Source: Bacteroidota bacterium (GTDB lineage Bacteria > Bacteroidota > Bacteroidia > 2-12-FULL-35-15). From it: 64,000 nt of DNA. Location of the stretch: assembly GCA_947449315.1 (NCBI GenBank), contig CANFRC010000010.1, forward strand, positions 67,154 through 131,153. Reading direction: 5' to 3'. Position 1 is the first letter of the stretch; every line of letters begins with the position of its first letter. The position numbers and the translations under genes were made by a program. The notes under the pieces were generated by a model. The model was not told the DNA's origin. It saw nothing but the letters and a program-made list of their open reading frames with translations, and made no database searches. Positions 30,153-40,756 of the stretch are shown here, in pieces.

Positions 30153-31448
30153 TTATTTAAGAGGAATTCTTTTACCATCTTGGATGGCTATAACAAAAGC
30201 ATCCTTAAAGCCATTATTACGAAGGGTATTTTGAAGTTTTAATGCCTCATTATGGGTTTTACATTCGCCTGAGGTGTACTTATATATCCCCTTATCAATA
30301 TATTCGCCAGGCTTTTCAACCCCTTTAAATTTATCAGAATCTAAGTTTATTTTTTTATCTGATGAAGCTATCTGAACCTTGTAAATAATAGGCGAGTTTG
30401 ACGCTACTATTTCTTTTTTATCATTGCTAAGCGCTTGCGTATCCTTTTCATCTTTTTTTACTTCAACATCTGTTTTTTTATCTCCTTTATCTTTCTTATC
30501 ATCTATTCGTTTGATATTGGTTGAATCTGACGTGTCGGAATGTTTACTTTTTTTATCTGCTTCAATTAATAAAGAATCCTGTTTGCTTAATTTGTAAGGT
30601 TGTAATTTTTCAAAATCATCATCATATTTTTTGACAGTTCCTTCGATCTCATCCTTATACTGACGAAATGCCTTGAAAAGACCTGTAGCAATATATTCCT
30701 GCCCTTTTGATGAACCTAAAAAGTGTTCTTCCTCCGGATTTGTCAAGAAACCTATTTCTGTTAACACACTTGGCATGTATGTTCTCCAAAGCACCCACAA
30801 ACTGGCTCTTTTTACTCCTTTATCTACTCTCCCCGCGTTTGCTCCATATTGATTTTGAACCTTTGAAGCGAAACTCAGGCTATTATCCAAATAAACATCG
30901 TTAAACATGCTCATAATTATGTAGGATTCATCGGAATTTGGATCAAATCCTTCATATTTCTTTACATAATTGTCCTCTAATAAAATAGCCGAATTCTCTC
31001 TTTTCGCAACATCCAATTTCCCTTTTTCATTTTTAATACCCATTACATAGGTTTCTGCACCTTGAACATTATCATTACAAACATCCTTTTTCAACTTTTT
31101 ATCCCTAACACAAGCTGAATTACAATGAATACAAATAAAAAGATCTGCTTTTGCCCTGTTAGCGATCTCTGCCCGTTCCTGCAATTCAACGAAAACATCT
31201 GTTTTTCGCGTATAAACAACCTTAACATCCTTTAAATTATCTTCGATGTATTTCCCTAGTTGAAGAGCTACTGCAAGCGCAATATCCTTCTCTTTATATA
31301 TGCTACCATGACATCCAGGATCTTTACCCCCATGTCCTGCATCAATAACAACCGTTTTGATAGCAAAGGTTGGCTTGAATTTTGGTGAGAATGAGCTCAC
31401 TAAAACGGAAACAGCAGTGGTAATTACTATCAGGATTAGCTTTTTCAA
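30153..31448 (-). CDS. N-acetylmuramoyl-L-alanine amidase (Amidase_3) with SPOR-like C-terminal domain
   Basis: VIDAGHGGKDPG, EK, IHCNS, PSVLTEIGF; acidic/Lys-rich linker; YKVQI...GFKDAFV. Confidence 0.93.
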   Translation of the reverse strand: MKKLILIVITTAVSVLVSSFSPKFKPTFAIKTVVIDAGHGGKDPGCHGSIYKEKDIALAVALQLGKYIEDNLKDVKVVYTRKTDVFVELQERAEIANRAKADLFICIHCNSACVRDKKLKKDVCNDNVQGAETYVMGIKNEKGKLDVAKRENSAILLEDNYVKKYEGFDPNSDESYIIMSMFNDVYLDNSLSFASKVQNQYGANAGRVDKGVKRASLWVLWRTYMPSVLTEIGFLTNPEEEHFLGSSKGQEYIATGLFKAFRQYKDEIEGTVKKYDDDFEKLQPYKLSKQDSLLIEADKKSKHSDTSDSTNIKRIDDKKDKGDKKTDVEVKKDEKDTQALSNDKKEIVASNSPIIYKVQIASSDKKINLDSDKFKGVEKPGEYIDKGIYKYTSGECKTHNEALKLQNTLRNNGFKDAFVIAIQDGKRIPLK

Positions 31449-31587
31449 GATCTTTTTAGTCTAATTTAATTAACATTTTAAAACACCTAAATGTTTGCAA
31501 ACAGAAAAACTACACTTCTAACTGTCTATTATTTTAATTAGTTTTGAGCCTTTACAAAAACATACAAACCAAAATTACAAGTTAAAA

Positions 31588-34119
31588 TTGCGTCTAATTT
31601 CAGTAAAATCTTTTTTTATCCTCGCTTGTTTGTTAATAACTGAAATTAGCACAGCATTAGCATTTCAGGTAATCCCTGTTACTGATACCACCCAGCAAGT
31701 TGTTGACACAATAAAAAAAACGGCACAAACGGGATCCTTCCTAAACGAAAAAGTGATATACAGTGCCACTGATTCCATGATCATAGATAAGGTCAACCAA
31801 AAAGCATACCTATTTAACAATGCCGTAGTGCTTTATGACGGGCTTAATTTAAAAGCTGGATATATTGAAATTGATTTTGGGAAGGATCTGGTATATGCAA
31901 CTACGATAAAAGACAGTTCTGGAAAAGACGTTCAAAAACCAATATTTGAGCAAGGTGAAGATAAATTTACAGCCGAAAAGATTGTCTATAATTTCAAAAC
32001 TAAAAAAGGAAAAATCACCGATGTAATCACTCAGCAAGGTGAAGGATATATTCATGGACGTGATATTAAAAAAGACACAAACAATGTGTATTATGTTGGC
32101 CATGGGAAATACACCACATGCGATCTGGAACACCCCCATTTTTATATTGGTGCAAACAAGATAAAGGTCATTCCTGATGACAAGATCGTTACAGGTCCTG
32201 CTGTATTGTGGATCGCAGATATTCCAACACCTTTGGCAATTCCATTTGGATATTTCCCTAACAAGAAAGGGCGAGCTTCAGGTATCCTTATTCCAACTTA
32301 TGGGGAATCTACTAGCTTAGGATTCTTCTTAAAAGGGGGAGGTTTTTATTTTGGAAAAAACGAACACATTGATTTGGCATTAACAGGCGATATCTATTCA
32401 AATGGGAGTTTTGGAGCACATACGCAAAGCAATTACAAAAAACGTTATAAATACAGTGGCGGGGTTAATATTAGTTACTCGAGATTTATTGAAGGTGACA
32501 AAGCTTTACCTAATGCGACAAGCAGAAATGATTTTTTCATCCGATGGAGTCATACCCAAGATCCAAAATCAAGACCAAGCAGCCGATTTTCAGCAAATGT
32601 GAATGCAGGAACCAGTTCCTACAATAAATACAACGGAAATGTAACAGGAGATTACTTATCGAACACCTTCCAATCCAATATTTCTTATTCAAAATCATTC
32701 ACGGGTACACCTTTTAACTTTTCCGCTAATGCAAGGCATAGTCAGAATACCCTCACAAAAAAAGTTGATTTGAGTTTACCAGAATTAGCATTCAACATGA
32801 ATCGAATTTATCCTTTCAAAAATAAAAACAGTACAACAAATAAATGGTACGACAAAATTGGAATCAGTGCTTCGGCTAATGCCCGCAACGATATTAATGC
32901 GTATGATACAACCTTATTTACCAACAGCACATTCACCCAAATGAAAAACGGTGTTCATTTATCGGTACCAATAAGCACATCCTTTAACGTATTAAAGTAT
33001 TTTACTTTTACACCAACCATCAATACCGGTAGTAGTATTTATTATCAAACAGTTCATAAACGTTACGACCCAACAATAAATTCGGTTCTAACAGATACGG
33101 TAACAGGAGTTAAAATAGCAAACGACTATAGTTTTACTTCCGGACTTAGTACGCGTTTATACGGTGATTACTTTTTCAAATCAAAACATTTAAAACAAAT
33201 ACGTCACGTAGCTACGCCTACCATAAGCGCTAGCTATCGGCCAGATTTTAGTGCCGCTCAATTTGGTTATTATAAAAAAATTGAAGGCGATGCTTCGGGA
33301 AATATGGCTAAATATTCCATTTTTGAAAATGGCATATACGGCTCACCTTCTTCCGGGAAATCCGGATTGATTGGCTTTAATCTGAACAACACATTAGAAG
33401 CAAAAATAAGGCACGAAACCGATTCGGGGAAGGTTGATAAAAAAGTACCTCTTTTAGAAAGTTTTAACGTGGGATTCTCATACAATCTTGCCGCAAAAAA
33501 TTACAACTGGTCGAATATTATTATAAATGGAAGAACAAAGTTATTCGGAAAACTTGATATCAATGCCGGAGCGAATCTTGATCCTTATCAAATTGATTCT
33601 TTAGGAAACAGGATTGACAAATACGAGATGGCTAATAATAGAATTGGTCGACTCGTCAGTTCCAATATTTCATTGAGCACCAATTTACGAAGCAAACAAG
33701 GAACAGGTAATAAACCAAAAACAAGCACTGCTGGCACTCCAGATGAACTTGACTACATCAATTCTCATCAGGATGCCTATGTAGATTTTAATATCCCATG
33801 GAATTTGAATATTTATTACAATTTAAATTATTCAAAGCCCGGAATAAAGGAAACTACATCGCAATCTGTTACATTTAATGGGGATCTGAGTCTGACAAAA
33901 AAATGGAAGATCAGTGTTTCTTCCGGGTATGATTTTACTCGTAAGGAAATGACCCTTACTTCAGTTAACGTATATAGAGATCTTCATTGTTGGGAAATGA
34001 GATTCAATTGGGTGCCTTTTGGCTTCCGTCAAAGTTTTTCACTTGACATAAATGTAAAATCTTCTATTTTAAAGGATCTTAAATTAAGCCGCAGAAAAGA
34101 TTACAGAGATTACCAATAA
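31588..34119 (+). CDS. lptD: LPS assembly outer-membrane protein (Bacteroidota LptD-like)
   Basis: Signal peptide, OstA-like N-terminus, YTTCD..HPHFY, beta-barrel-like C-terminus with RDLHCWEMRFNW. Confidence 0.85.
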   Translation: MRLISVKSFFILACLLITEISTALAFQVIPVTDTTQQVVDTIKKTAQTGSFLNEKVIYSATDSMIIDKVNQKAYLFNNAVVLYDGLNLKAGYIEIDFGKDLVYATTIKDSSGKDVQKPIFEQGEDKFTAEKIVYNFKTKKGKITDVITQQGEGYIHGRDIKKDTNNVYYVGHGKYTTCDLEHPHFYIGANKIKVIPDDKIVTGPAVLWIADIPTPLAIPFGYFPNKKGRASGILIPTYGESTSLGFFLKGGGFYFGKNEHIDLALTGDIYSNGSFGAHTQSNYKKRYKYSGGVNISYSRFIEGDKALPNATSRNDFFIRWSHTQDPKSRPSSRFSANVNAGTSSYNKYNGNVTGDYLSNTFQSNISYSKSFTGTPFNFSANARHSQNTLTKKVDLSLPELAFNMNRIYPFKNKNSTTNKWYDKIGISASANARNDINAYDTTLFTNSTFTQMKNGVHLSVPISTSFNVLKYFTFTPTINTGSSIYYQTVHKRYDPTINSVLTDTVTGVKIANDYSFTSGLSTRLYGDYFFKSKHLKQIRHVATPTISASYRPDFSAAQFGYYKKIEGDASGNMAKYSIFENGIYGSPSSGKSGLIGFNLNNTLEAKIRHETDSGKVDKKVPLLESFNVGFSYNLAAKNYNWSNIIINGRTKLFGKLDINAGANLDPYQIDSLGNRIDKYEMANNRIGRLVSSNISLSTNLRSKQGTGNKPKTSTAGTPDELDYINSHQDAYVDFNIPWNLNIYYNLNYSKPGIKETTSQSVTFNGDLSLTKKWKISVSSGYDFTRKEMTLTSVNVYRDLHCWEMRFNWVPFGFRQSFSLDINVKSSILKDLKLSRRKDYRDYQ

Positions 34120-34144
34120 AAAAAACTAAATAACAATTCATAAA

Positions 34145-34522
34145 ATGAAAGAAATAATTACATCTAAAAATGCTCCCGCACCTATTGGACCCTATAGCCA
34201 TGGTGTATTGGTTGGCAATATGCTTTTTGTGAGCGGGCAAGTAGGAAAACATCCAGGTACCGGAGAACTAATGACCTCTGATATTAAAACAGAAACAAAA
34301 CAAGTAATGGAAAATGTAAAAGGCATTTTAGCTGAAGCTGGAATGGATTTTACACATATTGCAAAAACAACCATTTTCTTGACAGACATGAACGACTTCG
34401 CTTCTGTAAATGAAATTTACGGTTCTTACTTTACGGGAAATTATCCTGCCAGGGAAACCGTTCAAGTTTCAAAGTTACCCTTAGGAGTGAATGTAGAAAT
34501 CAGTGTGATAGCCATTAAATAA
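34145..34522 (+). CDS. ridA: RidA/YjgF enamine deaminase
   Basis: APAPIGPYS, VSGQ, NEIY, PARETVQV..LP, VEI. Confidence 0.93.
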   Translation: MKEIITSKNAPAPIGPYSHGVLVGNMLFVSGQVGKHPGTGELMTSDIKTETKQVMENVKGILAEAGMDFTHIAKTTIFLTDMNDFASVNEIYGSYFTGNYPARETVQVSKLPLGVNVEISVIAIK

Positions 34523-34537
34523 TAACCGCAACAAAAA

Positions 34538-34575
34538 TAAAAAAGCCTTTCCGAAGAACCGGAAAGGCTTTTTTA
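34538..34575. terminator. Bidirectional intrinsic terminator
   Basis: AAAAAGCCTTTCC-gaagaacc-GGAAAGGCTTTTT between convergent genes. Confidence 0.85.
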
Positions 34576-34592
34576 TGTAGTAATTTATCTAA

Positions 34593-35090
34593 TTAAGACA
34601 GATGCTTTACGTTGACTGCATACATGATAATAAATGCAACACCAAATATTCCTGACATAATACCAGTTAGTCCACCTAACAAACCTCCCACAACAACAAA
34701 CGGAACTATTATTTGAATAACCTGACCTCCTGTATAGATAAAGAAACCTGTTTTTTTCATTTTCCACATCATCATTGCGCCAAGAAAAACAACTAGATTA
34801 AGCAATCCAATAATTAAGCTACTAGTTGCTTGTTTAGCAAAATAATCAGGTCCCATTCCCATCGCACTTGACATCGCTGTCATTGATTGTGCCATTTGTT
34901 CTCCAGCTTCAGATCCACTGATCGCTCCAGCCACTGCATCTGTTCCTGCTGCTAACATATGATTGCTCCACCATCCCCATAATCCAGAAATGAAGCCTAA
35001 ACCTGTGCCAATAAATGACAAAATGCATAATACTTTTAAAAACTGAGGTCTTGTAGCAGGCATTTCAGCTGCTGAGTTTGTTTGTTCCAT
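34593..35090 (-). CDS. Hypothetical 4-TM membrane protein
   Basis: RPQFLKVLCILSFIG and GAMMMWKMKKTGFFIY; paralog of 36004-36450. Confidence 0.75.
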   Translation of the reverse strand: MEQTNSAAEMPATRPQFLKVLCILSFIGTGLGFISGLWGWWSNHMLAAGTDAVAGAISGSEAGEQMAQSMTAMSSAMGMGPDYFAKQATSSLIIGLLNLVVFLGAMMMWKMKKTGFFIYTGGQVIQIIVPFVVVGGLLGGLTGIMSGIFGVAFIIMYAVNVKHLS

Positions 35091-35224
35091 AATTGCTTGT
35101 TTTAAGTTAATAAATGAATTGGGTTAAATAATTTAAAGCTAATAAACAAAAAAAGTGGCTTAACACATATCCATGAAAACAATTCTTATCAACAATTAAT
35201 ACTGATTCATAAAAACTACAAATC

Positions 35225-35260
35225 AAAAAAAATCCCTCCCGAATAAACGGAAAGGATTTT
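35225..35260 (-). terminator. Intrinsic terminator after the 35278-35715 gene
   Basis: AAAAATCCCTCCC-gaataaac-GGAAAGGATTTT; the A-run gives a U-tail on the minus strand. Confidence 0.7.
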
Positions 35261-35277
35261 ATTATAAAAAAATAAAA

Positions 35278-35715
35278 TTATTTTACTTCTGATAAAGAAT
35301 CAGCAGCATTTTGAATACCTGTTGCTAAAGAATCTCCCATTTGTTGCATTCCTGTTTCCATTGCATCTTTGAATTTAGCACCAAATTCATCACCCGCTTG
35401 TTGCGCTTTTGAAATTCCCATAACCAACAACAATGTTAAAATTACAGCTACTATTCCGATAATCATACCAGCAATAGAAAGTCCTTTTTTTCCACCGGTT
35501 TTTCCTAATTTCATCATTCCCATTACACTTAAACCAGTACCAGCTAAGCATAAAAGCAACCAGAAAATACCTAAACCGTATCCACCACCAGCTAATGCTT
35601 GCAATGCTACAATTCCAGCAATAATAAAATACAATACTAGTCCTACTAATGATATTACAAATCCGGCAACTGCCATGCCTTTACCTTGCGGTGTTTGTTG
35701 TGTTGATTGTTCCAT
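35278..35715 (-). CDS. Small membrane protein (DUF4190-like)
   Basis: GMAVAGFVISLV ... GKKGLSIAGMIIGIV pattern with a soluble helical tail. Confidence 0.7.
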   Translation of the reverse strand: MEQSTQQTPQGKGMAVAGFVISLVGLVLYFIIAGIVALQALAGGGYGLGIFWLLLCLAGTGLSVMGMMKLGKTGGKKGLSIAGMIIGIVAVILTLLLVMGISKAQQAGDEFGAKFKDAMETGMQQMGDSLATGIQNAADSLSEVK

Positions 35716-36003
35716 GTTTTTTTAGTTTTTAGTTTTTAGTTTTACTTGGTATCAAAAAAAGTAAAAAAAACAAAACGAAAATGTTTAGTTGGACGTATTT
35801 TATTAACAATTTAAAATAAGAATAGATTGAGTTTACGGTTAAATACACTTCGCAAACTACTTATTTACAACTATATAAATAATTAATTTTTTAAGAAAAA
35901 CAAAAGTGTTAATAATTAGATTTTTTCAATTCCCATTTTAAAAGAGAAAAATAAATTGCTGCAACTGCTTATAAAATGCCGCCCGAGGGAAGCCTGGATC
36001 TAA

Positions 36004-36450
36004 CTATTTCATTAGTTTGAAATTCATTCCATACAAACCAATAAAACCAACAGTTACGAATATTGCGGACCAACTCAATGGGATTCCTAATACGATCGTT
36101 GGAATAAACAGCAATGTTAAATTAGAAATTGCATACAAATGAAATCCTGCTTTTTTTAGTTTCCACATCAATACCGCACCTATCAAGGACCCGAACGCAA
36201 GAATAGCAGTTGGCAGGTAGTAACTCCAACCCGATTGAATTACCCTTATGCTTTCAGAGAACAACGCATCATCGTAATTCGGACTCTCTTTTAAAAAATA
36301 AATCATTTCATTTGAAAGTAAGGGGGTTAAAATAGATGAAATAACTCCTAATCCGGAAAAAACGAAGGTCAATATACATAAAATCGTTAGTCTTCTGGGA
36401 CGTATGGTTACTTCTGGCTTTTCATTGTTTACAAATTCTTCCATCATCAA
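36004..36450 (-). CDS. Hypothetical 4-TM membrane protein
   Basis: RPRRLTILCILTFV and GAVLMWKLKKAGFHLY; paralog of 34593-35090. Confidence 0.72.
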   Translation of the reverse strand: MMMEEFVNNEKPEVTIRPRRLTILCILTFVFSGLGVISSILTPLLSNEMIYFLKESPNYDDALFSESIRVIQSGWSYYLPTAILAFGSLIGAVLMWKLKKAGFHLYAISNLTLLFIPTIVLGIPLSWSAIFVTVGFIGLYGMNFKLMK

Positions 36451-36470
36451 ATTAGTTAAAAATTATTTCG

Positions 36471-38216
36471 TTAAAATTTATTATTGCTCCAAATTTCAAA
36501 ATTATTTTTTTGAGTATCTGAAGGACTTTTTTTCTTCACCATTTTCACAGTTTTATAAAACATATTTTCCTGTGGAGTTATTTCAACTTTTTTCACAACA
36601 CCCATCGTTGCAAAATTTATTACAAGTTTACTATTTCCAAAATAATTGCACCACTCGGCAAAATTAGTACCTGAAGCGTCTGTTTTAATTTGCATATTAT
36701 TTATGGAGATAATGTCATCATTTAAGGCTATGCCGGCCTTATCAGCAACAGAATCAAGAAAAACAGAAGTAACTTTACAAAACCCGCCAACTTCATTTAC
36801 TTTTATTCCAAGGGCATGTTCATGATATTTTGATGCTGGACTAATCTCTAAATCACATCCAATGTATTCCAAGGCTTCAAACAATATTACACTGAAATCA
36901 GCAGGTCTATTAATAAAATTAGAAAATAGGTTATCAAAGGAAACACCTGCAAAATGCTCCACAACATTTTTATAATCTAGGTCTGAATATCCTTTTCCCT
37001 TTAACGCAAACTCAGAAAACAAATAACGCATTACATCATCCAAGGTGTTTTTATTACTTGAATTTTTTCTGATGAAGATATCCGTTACAAATGCTACTAA
37101 ATTTCCTTCATCATAGATATTTGTCTTACGATTAGGAATACCGGGAGTATATCCATCAAGCCAAGTATCAAAAGACGAATCAGCTACAGACAGATTAAAT
37201 CGTCCAAAATTATCAAAGTGTTTTTGCAATCGTTCAGAAACAGTGTCTAGAAATTGTTGATCATTAAAAACGCCACAACGGTATAATAAATAATCACCAT
37301 AATAAGTTGTAACACCCTCACATACGTATCCTAGTTTAGAGTAATTTTCTTTGGTATAATCATACGGTTGCATTTCAACCGGTCGAATTGCTTTAATGTT
37401 CCATGCATGAAATAATTCATGGCAACTCACTCCAAGAAGGTCCAAATAAAGCCCTCCTTTCATCAAATTGTATCCAGGACCAAGCGCAATAACCGTAGAT
37501 GTGGTATGTTCAACACCATGATATAAACGCTGAGGCAGTATTTGAAATAAAAAATGATACTTCTCAAAAGGCGCTTTTCTCATCATTTCCAACTGATGAG
37601 TACAAAATTTAATAAAATCGTTGCTCAGTTTTGACCAATCCGGTTTGCACTCACCTTGAAACCAAAGATTGAATTCAAGCCCATTGCATACAAATTTATT
37701 ATGTTGCAAAGTTGCTGAGGCAATGAATGGAGAATCGGCTAATTCGTGATAATCTTTCGTACGAATAGTTATCTTCCCTTTTCCTCCTTCGTGTTCAGCC
37801 CCACATGCTAAAATAAAATCGGATGGCAAATTCAATTCCATTTCACACGATTCATTGATCCTTTCAGGAATATAAACGCAGCAATTTACGGGGTTCATGT
37901 ACAACTGATTCGCATCCAAAAAAGTGGAACCAGCATTTAATTCAGCAGCATAATAATTATACTTCACATGAATCTGCGAAAGACCTTTTGTTTGTACTTT
38001 CCAGCAATCTTTTGTCATTTTTTGGAACGCTAGTGGATTCCCTGACGAATCAAAAGCGGCCCATTTTTGAACATTTTTCGCAAAGTTTCCCAACTCGTAA
38101 CGTCCTGGCCGCCATGCAGGAAGTTGCACCAATGTTTCATCTTGATTTACATCCGAAACAAAAAGAATATCTACAAAATGATTGTGAGGATGTATATAAG
38201 AAACAGTATATTTCAT
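36471..38216 (-). CDS. M61 glycyl aminopeptidase family metallopeptidase with PDZ domain
   Basis: LPAWRPGRY, GVEH, HELFHAWN (HEXXH), EGVTTYY, C-terminal PDZ (ADKAGI..NDDIISIN); ATG at 38216 preferred. Confidence 0.9.
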   Translation of the reverse strand: MKYTVSYIHPHNHFVDILFVSDVNQDETLVQLPAWRPGRYELGNFAKNVQKWAAFDSSGNPLAFQKMTKDCWKVQTKGLSQIHVKYNYYAAELNAGSTFLDANQLYMNPVNCCVYIPERINESCEMELNLPSDFILACGAEHEGGKGKITIRTKDYHELADSPFIASATLQHNKFVCNGLEFNLWFQGECKPDWSKLSNDFIKFCTHQLEMMRKAPFEKYHFLFQILPQRLYHGVEHTTSTVIALGPGYNLMKGGLYLDLLGVSCHELFHAWNIKAIRPVEMQPYDYTKENYSKLGYVCEGVTTYYGDYLLYRCGVFNDQQFLDTVSERLQKHFDNFGRFNLSVADSSFDTWLDGYTPGIPNRKTNIYDEGNLVAFVTDIFIRKNSSNKNTLDDVMRYLFSEFALKGKGYSDLDYKNVVEHFAGVSFDNLFSNFINRPADFSVILFEALEYIGCDLEISPASKYHEHALGIKVNEVGGFCKVTSVFLDSVADKAGIALNDDIISINNMQIKTDASGTNFAEWCNYFGNSKLVINFATMGVVKKVEITPQENMFYKTVKMVKKKSPSDTQKNNFEIWSNNKF

Positions 38217-38419
38217 GAGATCAATAATTAAAAAATTCAAACATTATTCCAATTCATAAAAATGAACCAGGCAATTAATTTTGTGACGAATTTACGAATT
38301 CATTGCATCAGAAAACATAGAATCGTAAAATCGTTTTTATTCGTACATTGAACAAAATAATTTCTTACTTTCGCAATGCACAATCAAAGTATACAATTGA
38401 ACCATTATAATTTAAAAAC

Positions 38420-39805
38420 ATGAGTTACGATTTAATAGTATTAGGAAGTGGTCCTGGAGGATATGTTGCAGCGATCAGAGCATCACAATTAGGTTTAAAA
38501 ACAGCAATCATTGAGCGCGAAAGTCTTGGTGGAATATGTTTGAATTGGGGGTGCATCCCTACAAAAGCCTTATTGAAAAGTGCTCAGGTATTTGAATATT
38601 TAAATCATGCTGCTGATTACGGCATTACTGTAAAAGGTGGGGAAGCGGATTTTCCTGCAGTTGTAAAACGCAGCAGAGATGTTGCGGAAGGAATGAGTAA
38701 GGGTGTTCAATTCTTATTGAAAAAAAATAAAATTGACGTTATTAATGGAAATGGTAAAATAAAAGCCGGCAAAAAAATAGATGTTACTGCTGACGGGAAA
38801 ACAACTACCTATGAAGCAAAACATATTATCATAGCTACTGGAGCGCGTTCACGTGTGCTACCAAATTTACCGCAAGATGGTAAAAAAATAATTGGCTACC
38901 GCGAAGCCTTAACATTACCAAAAATGCCTAAATCTTTGGTTGTTGTAGGTTCAGGAGCCATTGGAAGCGAATTCGCTTATTTTTATGCAACTATGGGAAC
39001 AAAAGTAACATTGGTTGAATTTATGCCAAGTATTGTTCCTGTTGAAGATGCTGAAATATCAAAACAACTGGAGCGCTCTTTCAAAAAAATGGGAATTGAT
39101 GTGATGACCGAAGCAAACGTTGAAAGTGTTGATACAAAAGGAGCAGATTGTAAAGTGAAGATCAAAACAAAAGCGGGAGAAAAAATTATAGAAGCTGAGA
39201 TGGTGCTTTCTGCAGTTGGAATCCAGGCTAATATTGAAAATATTGGTTTAGAAGAAACAGGTATTGCAACAGACAAAGGAAAGATTCTTACAAACCCTTA
39301 CTATCAGACAAACATCCCAGGTTATTATGCAATTGGAGATTGTGTTGGTGGTCAAGCTCTTGCTCATGTTGCCAGTGCGGAAGGTATCATTTGTGTTGAA
39401 AAAATTGCTGGTCATCACCCTGAGGCATTAGATTACAATAACATTCCTGGATGTACTTATTCTCAACCCGAAATTGCATCGGTTGGATATACTGAAGCAA
39501 AAGCGAAAGAAGCTGGATTTGAATTAAAGATTGGTAAATTTCCTTTTTCTGCAAGTGGAAAAGCAAGTGCAGCAGGAGCAAAAGATGGATTTGTAAAATT
39601 GATCTTCGACGCAAAATATGGTGAATTATTAGGCGCTCATATGATTGGAGCAAATGTGACCGAAATGATCGCAGAGATTGTAGCAATTCGCAAATTGGAA
39701 ACAACAGGACATGAATTAATTAAGACTGTTCATCCTCATCCTACCATGAGTGAAGCTATTATGGAAGCTGCTGCTGCTGCGTATGGTGAAGTAATCCATA
39801 TGTAG
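38420..39805 (+). CDS. lpdA: Dihydrolipoamide dehydrogenase
   Basis: GSGPGGY, GGICLNWGCIPTK redox disulfide, HPHPTMSE. Confidence 0.97.
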   Translation: MSYDLIVLGSGPGGYVAAIRASQLGLKTAIIERESLGGICLNWGCIPTKALLKSAQVFEYLNHAADYGITVKGGEADFPAVVKRSRDVAEGMSKGVQFLLKKNKIDVINGNGKIKAGKKIDVTADGKTTTYEAKHIIIATGARSRVLPNLPQDGKKIIGYREALTLPKMPKSLVVVGSGAIGSEFAYFYATMGTKVTLVEFMPSIVPVEDAEISKQLERSFKKMGIDVMTEANVESVDTKGADCKVKIKTKAGEKIIEAEMVLSAVGIQANIENIGLEETGIATDKGKILTNPYYQTNIPGYYAIGDCVGGQALAHVASAEGIICVEKIAGHHPEALDYNNIPGCTYSQPEIASVGYTEAKAKEAGFELKIGKFPFSASGKASAAGAKDGFVKLIFDAKYGELLGAHMIGANVTEMIAEIVAIRKLETTGHELIKTVHPHPTMSEAIMEAAAAAYGEVIHM

Positions 39806-39823
39806 AAAGCATTCCTCTTTATA

Positions 39824-39866
39824 AATAAAAAAATCCTTCTTCATACCTGAAGAAGGATTTTTTATT
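39824..39866. terminator. Bidirectional intrinsic terminator
   Basis: AAAAAATCCTTCTTCA-tacc-TGAAGAAGGATTTTTT. Confidence 0.88.
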
Positions 39867-40271
39867 TTAGAAAATGATGTTATTCTTTTGATCTCTTAAC
39901 CATTCTAACGCTGATTTTTCATCAGAGAACAGCCTTGTTTTAGCAATCGGTTTATGAAATTGTATAATAAAATTACCTACGAGCCTATTCGCTGTGGAAT
40001 TAACAACGATTGCTTGTGCGACCATGTTTTTCTGCGCTTCAGCTGTTGAACCCCACTCTCTTGATTCTTTGCTCACAAAAAATGCTTCTCGCGCATCGAT
40101 CAATGCCACAAATTTTTTCCCATTGGTAATCTCCAGTGATACCTTTTGCATTAATTTCGATTCGCTTAGATCTATTTCGCAATTTGCTAAAAGCTGGATA
40201 CTCAAAACCCCATCTTCTAACACCGAAAATTTAGCACACTTTGTGAAAACAGGGTTACGTGAATCAAACAT
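39867..40271 (-). CDS. Small STAS/SEC14 (SpoIIAA)-like hypothetical protein
   Basis: LIDAR..SKESR, AIVV, and C-terminal F.DE..ALEWL pattern. Confidence 0.6.
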   Translation of the reverse strand: MFDSRNPVFTKCAKFSVLEDGVLSIQLLANCEIDLSESKLMQKVSLEITNGKKFVALIDAREAFFVSKESREWGSTAEAQKNMVAQAIVVNSTANRLVGNFIIQFHKPIAKTRLFSDEKSALEWLRDQKNNIIF

Positions 40272-40417
40272 CCTATTTATTTATCTCAACTTATTTATAA
40301 ATCCAATCAGAGTAGCTAATATAACAACAAGGTTTTAATTGTCAAATTTTTAACAACATAAAAAAGATAGTATTAAAAATATTCACTGAAGGACTTACGA
40401 TTAAGAAACTGAAAAGC

Positions 40418-40750
40418 CTAATGAGCATCAAAGAAAAACCGGAAATTGTTTTTCGACTGCATTTTATTCTCTATACATTTTATAGCTTTATCAATCAAGG
40501 CAGGATTATACCCTTCAGCCGAATAATCCATGATTGCATTTAATAAATTAGGTAAAGCGTCCGTTATCTGCACATAATCTTTGGCCGTGAATGACAGAAA
40601 ACATTGTGTGCTTGCAGAAAAAAAAACGATACAAAAGTCATCCTCCTGATCAACGACTATGATGTTATCGGATGAAAAGCTAGCAGGCAAAAGATTGTGT
40701 TTCTCGAGTTGAAAATAGATCTCTGTATTTTTTTTCGAAACGACAATCAT
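40418..40750 (-). CDS. Hypothetical protein
   Basis: 110-aa ORF starting 6 nt after the rsmB-like stop on the same strand; no recognisable motif. Confidence 0.5.
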   Translation of the reverse strand: MIVVSKKNTEIYFQLEKHNLLPASFSSDNIIVVDQEDDFCIVFFSASTQCFLSFTAKDYVQITDALPNLLNAIMDYSAEGYNPALIDKAIKCIENKMQSKNNFRFFFDAH

Positions 40751-40756
40751 CTTTTT

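Noticed and set aside
35716..35744. Short (AGTTTTT)x3 repeat
   Set aside because: On the coding strand it is an A-rich leader (AAAAACT repeats) before the ATG, typical of Bacteroidota translation initiation; too short to call a VNTR or array.
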